DNA from: Basidiobolus meristosporus CBS 931.73
Taxonomy: Eukaryota > Fungi > Basidiobolomycota
Length of the DNA stretch: 64,000 nt
Direction: 5' to 3'
NCBI GenBank assembly: GCA_002104905.1
Contig: MCFE01000256.1
Location: forward strand, 48,680-112,679
Under the pieces are notes generated by a model, which had not been told where the DNA came from, ran no database searches, and saw only the letters and a program-made list of their open reading frames with translations. Below, piece after piece: positions 11,691-24,525 of this stretch. How positions within the stretch are numbered: the first letter of the stretch is position 1; every line of letters begins with the position of its first letter. A program made the translations under genes and the position numbers.

Positions 11691-14600
11691 AAGGATTTTA
11701 AGCTATAATCCAAGGGAACAAAATTATGCACAAATACCAAACTTACAATGAATAGTGGCCAAATTCCGATCTTCGTTGCATGGCAGCTATATGGTATCAG
11801 GGGAATGAATTTGGGGCAAATATTGTGACTTACATAATACCCTCTTTTGACTGATAAGTTAGCCTTGGTAATGACAAGAGAAGCGCATTGATCCACCGGG
11901 TTAGGTGCCATTAAGATGATTAAACTGAAAATGGGCTACTTCCCACTAAGTGTGGTTGATGAAAACCCAGAGGCGTTAGAACGGACCTACTTGGCTGAGT
12001 AGCAACGCATGAATCAGGATTAATTATCGATGGGATAATTTTAGGAGTATAAACGTTACTCTGAATATGCAATATGCTGGGGCAGAATAATGAGTTTTTA
12101 CCAACAAATCTAACCTACCAGCCCTCCTCCTTCATGCATTAAAAAACAGAGCTAGTTATGGCTATAGTACTGCGAATATAATCACCGGGACTGCGCACGG
12201 ATGAAGTTTGACATTTGGCCTAGAGCAGCTGATGACCCATAGATTTCCTTCAGATACAAGCTAGTAGCCGAACGATGGCTGACATCATTCCAAGACGTAT
12301 TGGAGAGCAAAGGTAATATAGTAGATCAAGTGAATAAACTAGCCCGACATTAGTTGTAATGAAAGGAGAATTTCTACGGGTCCAACAAGCAAGTAGCCAT
12401 CATGCAAGCAACACGTAAGCGTCTACATATTCTAGTGAATATCCCCGTATTATAAACTATCCCATGAAAGCCAGTATGTTGCTGATATATGGGCGATTAA
12501 TTGGAAAGACACACCTAATGCCATATCACAGACCACACTGGAATTTCATCTAGTGCCAGAACTGCTAATACGGCTGGCATGTGATGGCTCACGGATCGTA
12601 ATGATTCAGAATTCGGCTGGTGTGTGCAATCTTCTCACCTATTTCGCTGTGTATGATTGATCAAGGAATATCATCCTTGCAGTAGAGAAGCACTAGCACC
12701 GCTCTGGTTGTATGGTGATGGCCCCAAGGGAGGCACAGCAACCACAGGTCGCATAAAGGATGCAGCAAACGCTGATTGCTGGATAGTACACTGGTTTACA
12801 TGTTTACTACAGAAAGGTCATGGAGGGTAAATAGGAGGGCCATCTGGAGTGCCCAATGAACAAGGAGTAATATGTAACATAGAATACCTGCTGCAAACCT
12901 GGGATACTTTTACTGGAGTTATACGTGGGCTCATTAACCCTCATATAGAGGGCTCTCCAGAAGCCACTACGCATTTAATCAAGATGCCCAGAAGATACAC
13001 AGATGTTACTTCATTTCATGCATTCGGATATAATCCATCCCATGTGAAAGCCACCAATCGCTTATGTTGACATGGACTTCAAAGGACCACCAATGGTGGG
13101 ATCAATGATCGAGCACTTCGTCTTGGGTGCGAATCAAGCAATGCGCAATTTACTGAGGAGTTTGGCCCTTCAATCGTTCTGCATATGAGGTGTGTGCCAT
13201 AAGCCTAGGAAAGGCTTTTATTACCTCCGCTAATGGCATTAGTGATCTGCATCTACCACATTTCGGCCTCAATCCTGTAACCAGTGGCTTAGTCATGACT
13301 TCCGCAAAGTTCGAGCATCCTAGTAGAAGGGCGGTGGAGCAAAGTGCATGATAGGTTAGGACGGCACCTCACGGCATTTCTGGGAGTGGGACTCGCTGTC
13401 CATTGGGCTCCCGATGTCTCTCTCACCTATATGGAAAATACAGACCATCGTGCATTGCACCCATACCATCCGAACCATAGTTGACAAGGGAGGCCTAGTA
13501 ACACTACGAGGCAATTCGTAATTTCTGCACGTTGTCATATACTCGAAGTTCATTCAGCACAGATGAAAATATTGAATTTACCTGTAAAAGGAAGTTGGTT
13601 TTTGGGCAGAGGGAATTTGGGGAAGACTCGCCAGTTGGAATGGCCCAAAGACCCCTGCATGTGTCCAGATATTGGGTAACTGATAACTACATCTATCGGT
13701 GTATATCCTACGGCCCAACCATATGCTTCTCACTAATCGGGTGGGTTGAGGATCTCAGGTACTCGTAGTAACCCCCCCCCCTGGAAGAGGTTCCCGGATT
13801 GAGCAAAAGTGATTGCGATGGGCACTGAGGCTTCAAAGCAGTCACTGTCGCCTATGGTTTGGCCAGAGGGTGACGCCTCGTATCTTCGAGGATTTTCCAG
13901 GCCTAGTCATGGTTTCTGACATGATCTTTGCGGATCAGCATATGTTTGCAACTCAAACTCGACTTCCCCAAATGGTGCTCTGAAATTGGTTTAATTAGCC
14001 GAGTCCTGCTCCACGTTCTACGATGAGTAATGTGCGTATATATGAATCTTTAATTAAGCTTGGATCCATGCGAACAATCTCCATTGGACTTCAAATAAAC
14101 AGTGAGAACCGCTGGCTATGTGTGGGATCCCAGTCATCATACGGTTTGAGATTTCCTTTGGGTGGACTATTCAAGCAGAGCCTTGGATCTGGCTGTGTTG
14201 GCATCACTAAGCGAATAACTTGTATTCTGGAAGATGATACCGGATTCGTATATTAAGCGGCCTTTGTGAAAACAATCCATTTGTTACACATATGGTAGCA
14301 TGTATATTTCATGGCGGATCATGTCATCAATAACCATTCACTTGTCATGAAGATGCGGCCATAGAATCTCGCTGGCATTGTTGCCCAATTCCTCATTCCT
14401 GCATTCGACGCTCAAGGAGACTGCCACAAATCACTTACCTCGCATTTGTTTGGCCCGCCCAAAAGCATGGCCATTGGAATCCCGGATGTTATTGGAGTGT
14501 AGATAGCTTCATCAATCATGGCACTCTGCAATGGAGCAATCGGATATCGATGAGATAAGGATTGGCTCACACTCTCCGACCATTCATTGCACGGCTCCTG

Positions 14601-15740
14601 CCAGACCATAAAGTTTGTCGCTGATGTGAAGCCCTATATTTCAGTGTGCTCTGTCAGTGGGTCTGAAGAACGGCCCGATTTGAATAGGAAGAGAAGGTGT
14701 GGCCCAAGGCCATATTTGAAACATACACACGGTTTCTCTGCAAGATTGGGGCTCAAGGCATGAAATTGCAGTTTTGGGTGGATGATAACGACTGGGTATG
14801 GGCAGCATGGCAGAAAGGCTGGCCTCAATGTCCGTCCCAGCATTCAGGTTTAGGCGTTGGGCCGGTGGTATTTCTCTTCTAAGCTAGGCCTGTCCCAGCC
14901 CTACAAATGTAACAATAGACCAGCAACATTTCACAATTGATTAGTTCAAATAGCATCCGAATATTGATCTAATCAATGAAACATGGATGTCAGAAAGTGG
15001 TAAAAGTACTATCATGGTCCAAGAGAATTACGTGTGAGATTTAGATGCTTCGGTGAGTAAAAGTACCAATGGATAGCTCATCCACAGGCAAAGGAATGGC
15101 CCAACACACTTTGCAACATGGAATGATGGGATCGCAATGACTAGTTTGCCCATGAATTCTGGATTTGGACTTGAACGGATATATTTCAGTATATAAAATG
15201 AGCGATTGAACTGCAGAGTCAGAAGAAAGACGCATCAAATATGGAAGATATCTACTGAATCCCTGATTGATTCTTGCCTTACACCGGCTTGAGATTAGCA
15301 ACAGAATGGAGATACATATATTCGCAATATACTAAGCTGATTAAATGCCATGGCTCGGTTTTGCTTTGTATTGCTGAATTGGAGAAATACCGGAATGGCG
15401 GCGGAAATCGCATGAAATTATTTATCTAGAAGTGGGCCTAATGGCCGGGATCTTGATTTGCTCCCTACTTGTAATTTCACCTCATCCAATGAATCAGCTT
15501 GTGGAATCCCTCGTCGTGACTGGCCTCCACTGGAATATAAATTCACCAGGTTGTAGCTATTATCTGCATCTCGGCTTCCACTTTGAAAACTGGGCTTGAG
15601 GAGTTATCATTACAGCTTGAAATTCTCTCTTCTACTCTGTTTCGCATTTGACGCCGTCATTGCTACTCGTCAAAGTACAGCATTACACCCAAACCCCCAG
15701 CGTATCCCAAATTCCTCCCCGCACTCTCTATTTCCAAAGT

Positions 15741-17266
15741 ATGCTCTCTATTGGACAACTGGAGAAGATGAGCATGGATTCGTCGCTGTATTTCAATCTA
15801 AACACTGACGACGGATTGATGCTGGATGAGCAACTCTTGCTGTCATCCGAGGACTATTATCTGTCGGAGAAAATGGAGCAAGCCACCAAACCGATTGATC
15901 CATCGCACTTGCCATTCAAAGGGACAAGTGACATGTTGGGCTTCAATTTCACACTTGCGTCAGAACCGCACGGCAATGCGGACTCGCTCTCGATCAATGA
16001 GATCAGCCCTTACCACCTGCCCCAGATCATGAACCTCACCCGGAATCCCCAAGGTATTAATGCACCCGATACATTTCAATGACACCCTCCCGTCTCACAT
16101 GCATATCCCTAAAATGTTTGAGTTTGGATGGCTAACGGCTTGCTTGACTTTTAGGGTCTGTCAACCAACCGCCAAGGACAAGCAGCTCCATGGAGAGTAA
16201 CCTGAACTCAATGCTGTTGCTTTCCTACTCGAACCCGACCCCTGTCAGCAAAGGAAATTTCAAGAGCGACCTATCACTTCATTCCCAAGGTCCCCCATTC
16301 CCATCCTTCATTTTCCCAAACCCCGACTCGGCCATGACTACCTCCCCAATTTCTTATCTCGTTACCCCGATATACGAGGACTCCCTCGCTGTCGACCCTA
16401 CATCAATCTGCAGGCCGTGCGACCTTCTAGAGTTCGACGACTCTTTGACTAAGTCCCTTAGTTCGTCGATATTCCCCGAGAAAGTAGAGCCCCCAACGTC
16501 CAGGCTTTCCGCCAAAAGGCCGAGAGCAGATGAACCAAGCGAACTACCGTTCCCCAACAAGCGAAGAGTTCTTACCAAAGATAATGAGCGCGCTCTGTCT
16601 GAATTTGAGATGGGAAATCAGTCCCTTTTTGATGACCTATTCAGAGACCTAGAAACGGAGGAAGTAGAGTGTTGCCAACCTTCGGAAATCACCGAGCCAA
16701 ACGATCTCACGGAGATGATCAATGAGTTTTTGGATACCGAGAGCAGTGAAGGCACTTTGGAGAAGGAAGATGTCGACTCAGACTACAGTCCGTCAAGCAG
16801 TCGGCGCTCCAGCATCTCCTCATTGGAGCCTCATGAATCGATGGGCAAAGACATTGATGAAGGAGACTGCATCACGGGCACCTCCTCCGCCTCTAACAGG
16901 CAGGGTAAATCATCCACACGCAAGTCGTCTAGGAAACGCAGCATCTGCGAAAACTTAGACATGCAAGGGCCAAATGAAGGAGACCCAGACAAAGCGATCA
17001 CTGTATATTCTTGCGACTTCCCTTCGTGTGGAAAAACGTTCACGCGACTGTACAATCTCAAATCTCACTTCCGTACTCACACCGACGACCGCCCTTTCGC
17101 CTGTGATAAATGTGACCAAACCTTTAGCCGTAACCATGATTTGAAACGCCATTACAAGATTCATTCTGGTGTCAAGCCATTCAGTTGTGAGTACTGTGGC
17201 AAAAAGTTCTCTAGAATGGATGCGCTGGGCCGGCACCGCGCAAAAAGACCTCAGTGCCGCGAATAG
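15741..17266 (+). CDS. C2H2 zinc-finger transcription factor, Crz1/CrzA-like, 2 exons
   Basis: Three C-terminal fingers (CDFPSCGKTFTRLYNLKSHFRTHTDDRPF; CDKCDQTFSRNHDLKRHYKIH; CEYCGKKFSRMDALGRH), with finger 1/linker close to Crz1 TRAYNLRSHLRTHTDERPF. A GT-AG intron at 16054-16154 joins ORF 15648 to ORF 16190 in frame. Acidic Ser-rich N-terminus. Confidence 0.85.
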
Positions 17267-20200
17267 AAGATCTCGTAATGAGCACTTTACCTCATGGATT
17301 TATTTTGTTGAATAGCACAACTAATGCACACTGTATTTCATCCCACCTTCTGTACCGACCACCATCAATTACATCATGTTTATTTCATCCAAGCTCAAGC
17401 CCAAGCCCAAGCCCGCCTCTCATCTATGTGTTATACTTGCAAATACCTCTGTCAACTTTATCATTGCCCCTGCCCGTGCCCTTCAGATAATCCTTTCATC
17501 CGGCACTTGTACTTGCCTCACCCTTCTCCCTCGAGCCAAAAGAAAAGAGTGGTATATGCTCTTATTTGATCCGATCCACATGCGTACCTATCCCACGCCC
17601 TGAATAAACTGAAAGCACTCGAATGTATATCACGAAGCAAGAGCAACATCATCCGGACTACTTGTTTGCTTGAAACCTGCCACTCAACCCTCATGCCAAT
17701 GATATTGTCAAGAGGAAGCTCACTTCATTGACTCTTATGGTAACGACATTTGAAACGAACTGGTTGTCAGTGTAGGATGACGAGCGAGCGAATTCCCACC
17801 ATACAGTTGGAATGATGATTGATCCGGCCATCGGAACCATAAGCATCCAACCAGGTGGACATGACGCCCGACGTTGGGTCATTGGCGAAAAAGCCAGCTG
17901 GCTCATTGACCATGATTTTTTTCTTCCCAAACTGCGGACCATGGTGCGATGAGAGTTGCACTGGATTGGAGGATGTATATGGGAAATGATTTGTAGGTCC
18001 TGCAGGGCATGGTCCATAATTGACGGCCCTTGTGGGTTACCGTCATCATCCCGCACGCTTTTCCAGGAATTGGTTGCAAACAAGGGTTAGGCATGCTCAT
18101 GGCCAGCATCCAAGCCCCAAAGTCTTCACTGTGGAGCACCTGCACCGCCAGCTCCGGCCCAAATACGGTGATCGGCATCCTAGATTTCACATGCTTAGTA
18201 ACCGCATTTTTGCTGAGAAATGGGGCGGAAAGTCGTCCAGACAGTCCGCCAAACCAGGGAAGCTGGACGCTGTCTTTGTGTGCCCATCGTCGTCCTCCCG
18301 CGTTGGCGACAAAATGTGAACGGTGAACCCATTTGTGTCAGGCATCGAAATTCCTTATCTCCCTCATCACCAATAGCTGAAGTATCATTCAGACCATCTT
18401 AATTGCCTGAGTGACAACGCTGCTTCAGTACTGGTTTTGATCACTCTTGGTTTGTGTGTCAAGGATCCAGGTTAACGGATCCGGGATACTCCGAAATGGA
18501 TACCCGCGTTTCTCTCGATTGATTTCAGTATAGCCTAAGGATTGACGATCAAGGGAAGAAAAGCACAGTCGAATTTCCGTTCGGCGTTGGGAGAGCCCCC
18601 CATTACCAATGGCCATTACGTACCTCTCCCCCGTCCCTACCTGATGGAGCGACTCCTGGCCCAACCTATACGCTACTGGGGTAGATCGTCGGTGTGCACT
18701 GTGCGGAAGGTGATGTGACAGATGAGCGAATTAGGTGCTCCTAGGGCATCATGCTTCCAACCTGTGATCCGATTTTACAAGGGAAATCCATTCATAGTGA
18801 TATTCCACAACCTCGCTTGTTCAACTAGTCACAGCACGCTAACCCACCGCACCGATATAGAAAGCGATACCATTATAGGACTGCAAATGGCCACAATATT
18901 GCCGTTCCCAAATGGAGATTGCAGGCTAGATCTACTTCTCGACTTTCTACCGAGGGCCATGGTGCGAAGGGCGCCATCCAAACTCTCGTTTGTCGAAGCA
19001 ATTATAATCTGATCACAGACGAACGAAGCAAATGATCCATAGAGGTGAGCAGTCGCGGTTCCACCAACAGTCCTGACACAACAGATATATTGGCGGAAGG
19101 GTGGATTGGTGCATATCACCATATTCGACGATAAAACAGAACACATTTGGACACTACATTGATCCGGTTTTGATTGCTGTATCACCGGCCTGAGAATTGT
19201 CAGGCTTTAACCGGTCGCATTTTAAGGGGAGAAAAGGTTGCATCTAGGCTATTCGTACACGTAGAGATTTCCGTCACTTTCCCTTCCGCTTCTTGGCATG
19301 ATGCGATATCGGACAAGTCAACATGCGGTGACCGAGAACGCCATGACAGGTTTGATCAGGAAGGGATGAGGTTTCCCCTCGGCCTCTGTATCTGCTGCCC
19401 CCACCTATTCGACAACAATCAGGGCTGGGATGACTTTTGCACTTGACACCAAGTGCGGTACTTCGCTTACATCACACTGATTGCTGGTTTTCGTTTGCAC
19501 ATGACGAGGATTTCATCATTCACAAAACAATTTGTTCTGGGTAGGTGCTATGCCAACGACAGGGCCAAAAGGGGATAGTATGGGTGGGAGATGCACTTGG
19601 ATACGGATGCGGGACCCGATAATCCAGCTGTGGTGGCGAAATCCTTCATTTGGAGACTAGAAAAGGTAGCATGGATGGAGGGTGATGTGGGTCTGGTTTG
19701 CCGATCGTGAAGATGGCGGCAGGCATATGCTAGTGCATGGACAATTGGGTTGCATGGCTCGGAGGCTGGCCAATAACTACCCCTCTCCATTGCACACGAC
19801 AACCATTGCGTCAGATACTGGTTTGATGGATGGCCGGGCTGGTAGGGTTAGGTAAGCCGGCATGAGCCGCAAAATGGTGCCCCATAGTCGCAGTGAGGAT
19901 GCTGACAACATTCCCTCATTCCATATAGAGTAAGGATACACAGTTACAACGGCTGATCAGCCAATTTCATCGCGCTTATATCCAGATTGTCACGCCATCC
20001 ACAGGCATCCCGGATTAGTGTGGCAACATCCTTAATAGATGGACAGAAATGTTATATCTCTATGAGATTTGTTTCGGACCAGACGCTTGTCTTACATTAA
20101 GTATGGCTATTGGGAGATATCTTTCATAGAATGGAAGCGGTCAGCATCAATTTTCCGATGGCCACATGCAACCACCATGGTCTGCCAGCTTAAAATTAAC

Positions 20201-22243
20201 AGTCAGGAGAAGAGCATCTTTGGAAAGCCGATGAATGGTCTTCGCAAAGATGACACCTGGATGCCTCAATTGCGCCTGCGCTCTTACCACATGGCTCTAG
20301 TAATCGTCTTTGATGGATTCAAGCTAGCCTATAGCGCACCGAAGGTGTGCCGACCGAGGGGGCAATAGCGACAATTTACATCCTCCAACTCTGCTCTGAG
20401 TGCTAATGATCACGCATGAGCCTGTCCGACAACTAATCATCAGCTTCGAAAATGCAGTTCCATTCACAGGAATAACGGAGCTTTGTGATTTACCACCATC
20501 GATGTGAAGTCAGACCCATCGAGCTTGGCATCAATCAGCTTAATCGTTGAAGGATGCGCCAATCAGCCAGCAGACCCATGTTGATTGGATATATCGGCAC
20601 TGATTTATGCCAGCTACAGCTAAATCAGTCCAATCATGAATAACACCCCTATGTGTTGCAAGGCATTTCAGGTTGCTCCTGTTTCAAAATGGGGTGATTA
20701 TCAGCCGTTCTCTTTGAAGAATAATCATTTTGAACAAAGATCGTTTAGTGTAGTCCCACCGACACGCATACTCGTACGTATTTTACCTGATTGGGTTGGG
20801 CATATTCAGGAATGTCCGGCATACAGAGTGTGCTAGACATACAGTTCGATGTCATTGGACCACGGGCAGCGCTATTTGCCAAGTTCAACAGTTTAATGAA
20901 TTTGCATGGTACAAATGCTTTATTCATTTCGACGGCTGCGATTTGTTTCGGGTTCGATAGCGCGGTATTGTGTTCAACTTCGGGAAGCCTTATGCAGGGA
21001 GCCTGGGGATCTGAGCTTGAATTACGCTGTATGACTTGTGATTGATAAAATGCATATATTGCAAGATAAGGGTATCTAACTGAACCAAGTCTAAAATCTA
21101 CTTTGACAATCATAATTGGCACTTACTACCAATATGGTTGCAGCCCAACCAATGCTCGGATAAAGCCTCTGCAAGCCTACCCATTGCACTAAGGAAATGT
21201 TGTGAGAATTGCAGGTGACTGTTTTACCCTTGTTGCACAGTGCTGATGCTGCTAACAATGTGAATGCAACCAATTTGGATATCAATGTTCATCTGCGAGA
21301 AGCCCATGTATGCTTGTATTCCTCGAATATGTCAATTATGAGGATCTGTCAAAGTTGGTGCTAAAAAATCCCATTTTCGATGTGTTCTTAGTGGATTCAC
21401 CAAGGGACTTCTCTTTTATTAATGTATCACTTCTGTATCATGACAGCTGGAGGTTTTGTATCTAATAGAGTAGCCTCACAGTTTAAGGGTATTTACACAA
21501 TAGGGAATTATAAGCTTCTCGATAATTCATATTCCAAGGGATGGTGGTCTATAGGTTATTCTCATACCCAACTACATTAACGATATTTAAATATCTCATA
21601 TCTCATACCTCATATCCATTGCATCCAAGATATGTTCATAGTTCTCTATGTACAGGTGCTTTTCTGGGAGCGCAGCTATTATTTGTGATATCTTGATCAG
21701 CCACAAGATAACAAGTGTATTGGCAAGTTTTGACCCATTGAGCTGGTGGATAGGCACGACTGACAGTCCGAGGGTTATATAAACAGATACACGCCTAGGA
21801 ACCTAACTGAAAAGAGGTTCTTGTAGTTGTTTTTACAACTTCACCACTAATCTAACCCAAAATTGAATACCGGGCTTTTGTACACTGGTAAAATGACTGA
21901 TTGCCCTGCCAGTGGCCCTTTTTCATTGTAAGTGCCAATGCTGGGTAGATTATGCTGAAGACAACGAGAAATATGCTAACAATTGGTACGATATCTCAGC
22001 ACGTAGGGCATTGATAGACCTAGCTCTAACTCTAACTCTCACACTGCAACTGCCAGGTGCCTTAATACAGTGTTAGCTCAAAGTTGTTCAGGATACTACT
22101 TTGAATGAAACCAAGTGATATGAGGATTCCTATGTATGTATAATGTAACAATGCATCACCCTATCAACCATTTCAATACAGCCCCACATTCTTTGTAGCA
22201 CAAAATAATTTAGATGCTACAGCTAGTCCTCACACATTATTAG

Positions 22244-22565
22244 TGTGATGTGAGTCTTGGAAGTGGTAGAGTATGTGGTTCTCACTTCTTGAATTAATTT
22301 AGTGTAAAAGTAGCACTTATACTATTACATGGTCTTGGCAAAGCAAGCGCGCATGGTATGCGTAGAGAGGTCCTTAGAGTATGTGTGCAAAGTTTGAGGG
22401 TTATTAGACGGCTTATCAAATTCTTATATTCTGGATACTTGACGTTTGGTGGAAGTATTCGAAGTCCCGCCAAACAATTTGGGCAAGAAATACTAAGGTT
22501 CATAAGTGATGATCTATGTGATCAAATTAATGGAATATTTAGGTGTAAATACGAAATCTACAACA
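22244..22565 (-). mobile_element. Solo LTR related to the copia family
   Basis: TG..CA ends, collinear similarity to the copy B LTR, and a perfect 5-bp target-site duplication ATTAG on both sides. Confidence 0.9.
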
Positions 22566-22935
22566 ATTAGGAATAGTCCATTTTAAGGGCAACAAATAGC
22601 AGCAGTATTTTGCTTAAACATACCTCCCAATCCTCATTTTCAAAAGATTGCAAGTTGAATCTAGGTAGACTTCTAGGAATCGAATGGCTAATTCAGAGTG
22701 TTTCAAAATACCACAATCAATTCGCAAGCAGCATTATGTGACTCGTTAGTTTTGAACCTACTCGTACTTCATTTCGTGCGTTTATATCACATATACATTT
22801 GTTGGCTAGATACATGCCGCGAGCCTGTTGAGCATATAGCCACTTATACCAAGCTATGTCACAGATTACAGTAGCTAAATTACAATATGTAGCGAGGCAA
22901 TGGTAATGGAACTCTACTGGCAGCTTAACAATAGC

Positions 22936-23148
22936 CTAAAATATACACTGGAAGAGACCAGCACATATGGCCGATGCGGCATAACCCCAAGTTGACATGT
23001 AACGGATATCACTATCTGAATCGACCTGAGGGTTGGAGCGCATCGACTCCATCCCAGCAGAGCTCTCAAAGACCAGCGCACTATAAGGAGGCGGATCAGA
23101 AAACGTAATTAGTGGAGGAGGTTGGTTCGTCGTGGTTTCACTGGACAT
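22936..23148 (-). CDS. Possible small membrane protein with PPPY motif (70 aa)
   Basis: ATG-initiated ORF with DPPPYSA and a hydrophobic C-terminus (WGYAASAICAGLFQCIF). No family recognised. Confidence 0.3.
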   Translation of the reverse strand: MSSETTTNQPPPLITFSDPPPYSALVFESSAGMESMRSNPQVDSDSDIRYMSTWGYAASAICAGLFQCIF

Positions 23149-24525
23149 TTGGGATTCGGGGAGAAGCAGTAACTCTCAGCAGAAATACTTTATTGGTATT
23201 TATATGTACAGTTATATGTTGCAAGCAAACAACTCCATTCGCCAACCCACAACCCACCTTTCTCAGTATTACATAGAGGTGCTTAATGACCACAATCCGA
23301 ATTTCCTGACTCATCAATGTTTAAGGAACTGGGATTCTTAGGATTCTATTCAGATGTTCCACCGTTGTCAGTAATGTTGTTGTAGTGGTATCAACTTTTA
23401 TGAATCCAATCAGTTCTGCTCTATTATTAGAGCTTCTAAATATAGACGGATATCTGGGCTGTTCATGCAACGAGAGATTTGTAGTTAGTATCAAGTAAGA
23501 TTTGCTACAGGTTTGACAGGAGTACTGTGTCCATGATTGAGTAGCCGTTTAATACTCAGAGGCTTGTGACCAGATACATCAGTCAACTCATCTGAAGGAT
23601 GGAAATTTCGATTAAGATCTAACCGTAAAAAGTGTGTAACATGCCGCATATTTGAGTTACGTAATGGGAAGAGAAAGGTATAGTTCGGGTACATCAAACC
23701 CCACCGTAATATCGTTTGAAATAAACTCTACCGTCATGATTGATACACTCGTGGGTTGGAAATTTCGATCATGTGGTGCTCTGGCGTGGGCGTCATTTAG
23801 CAGCAATGCGCGTGTTTTGCTAGGGCAAATATAAGCTAGGTGAACAAGAGATAACCGATGGTTGGGAAATCTAGCGCTGGCCTGGGTGGGGATTTCCATC
23901 AGACTGGAATTGCAAAGTTAATGCCCTAGCATCACTGCATCTACTGATACATTCATTTCCATATTCGCTCACTAACCGTCTGATTAGTGTTGATATTATA
24001 AATGATCTTTGCAGTAGCACACTAATGCTACTGCCCCATGAAGCAACTTTGTGCATGACTACTATCCTACATTTGAAATATCTCTGCATTCCGGATGTGT
24101 ATGGCCGCTGCTTCGAGAGTCAATATCTAAATTAGATTACTTACGGAAATATAGGTTAAAATTGCTGGTTATAGTTTCATCCATTGCAGGCAAAGTACTC
24201 AGCTATCGATTGCCAACATAGCTATCGTCAAACGGCAATAGAGAGCAACCATAAGCTGCTTTGATCCACGTTATGGGACCATCGAGTGCACTACCTATTG
24301 AGCTGAGCCCAAAAATTGGCTATTCCGAAGTGAATCCTAAATATTGAGCTGGGCGCTGCCTAATATGAATTGCGGGATTGCGGAAGCAGGCCATCTAGTT
24401 AATGCTACATGAAACCGATACAGGTATCGCCAAGATAAAACTGGCGGTTGGTGCCGCTTCCAACACCTCAGCCTTTTTCAACTTATAGTTTCATTGAACT
24501 GGTTGACGAAAGACAAAGAACAGTA

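Noticed and set aside
17389-17414. (CCAAGC)n giving QAQAQAQA in ORF 17324-17569
   Set aside because: Short microsatellite in the probable 3' UTR of the zinc-finger gene; the ORF has no other protein-like features.
17690-19450. Dense overlapping 60-130-aa ORFs on both strands
   Set aside because: No recognisable domains and no consistent coding strand; may be pseudogenic but unsupported.
21091-21285. ORF with a signal-peptide-like start (MISKLVAFTLLAASALC)
   Set aside because: I could not build a spliced continuation or recognise a family.
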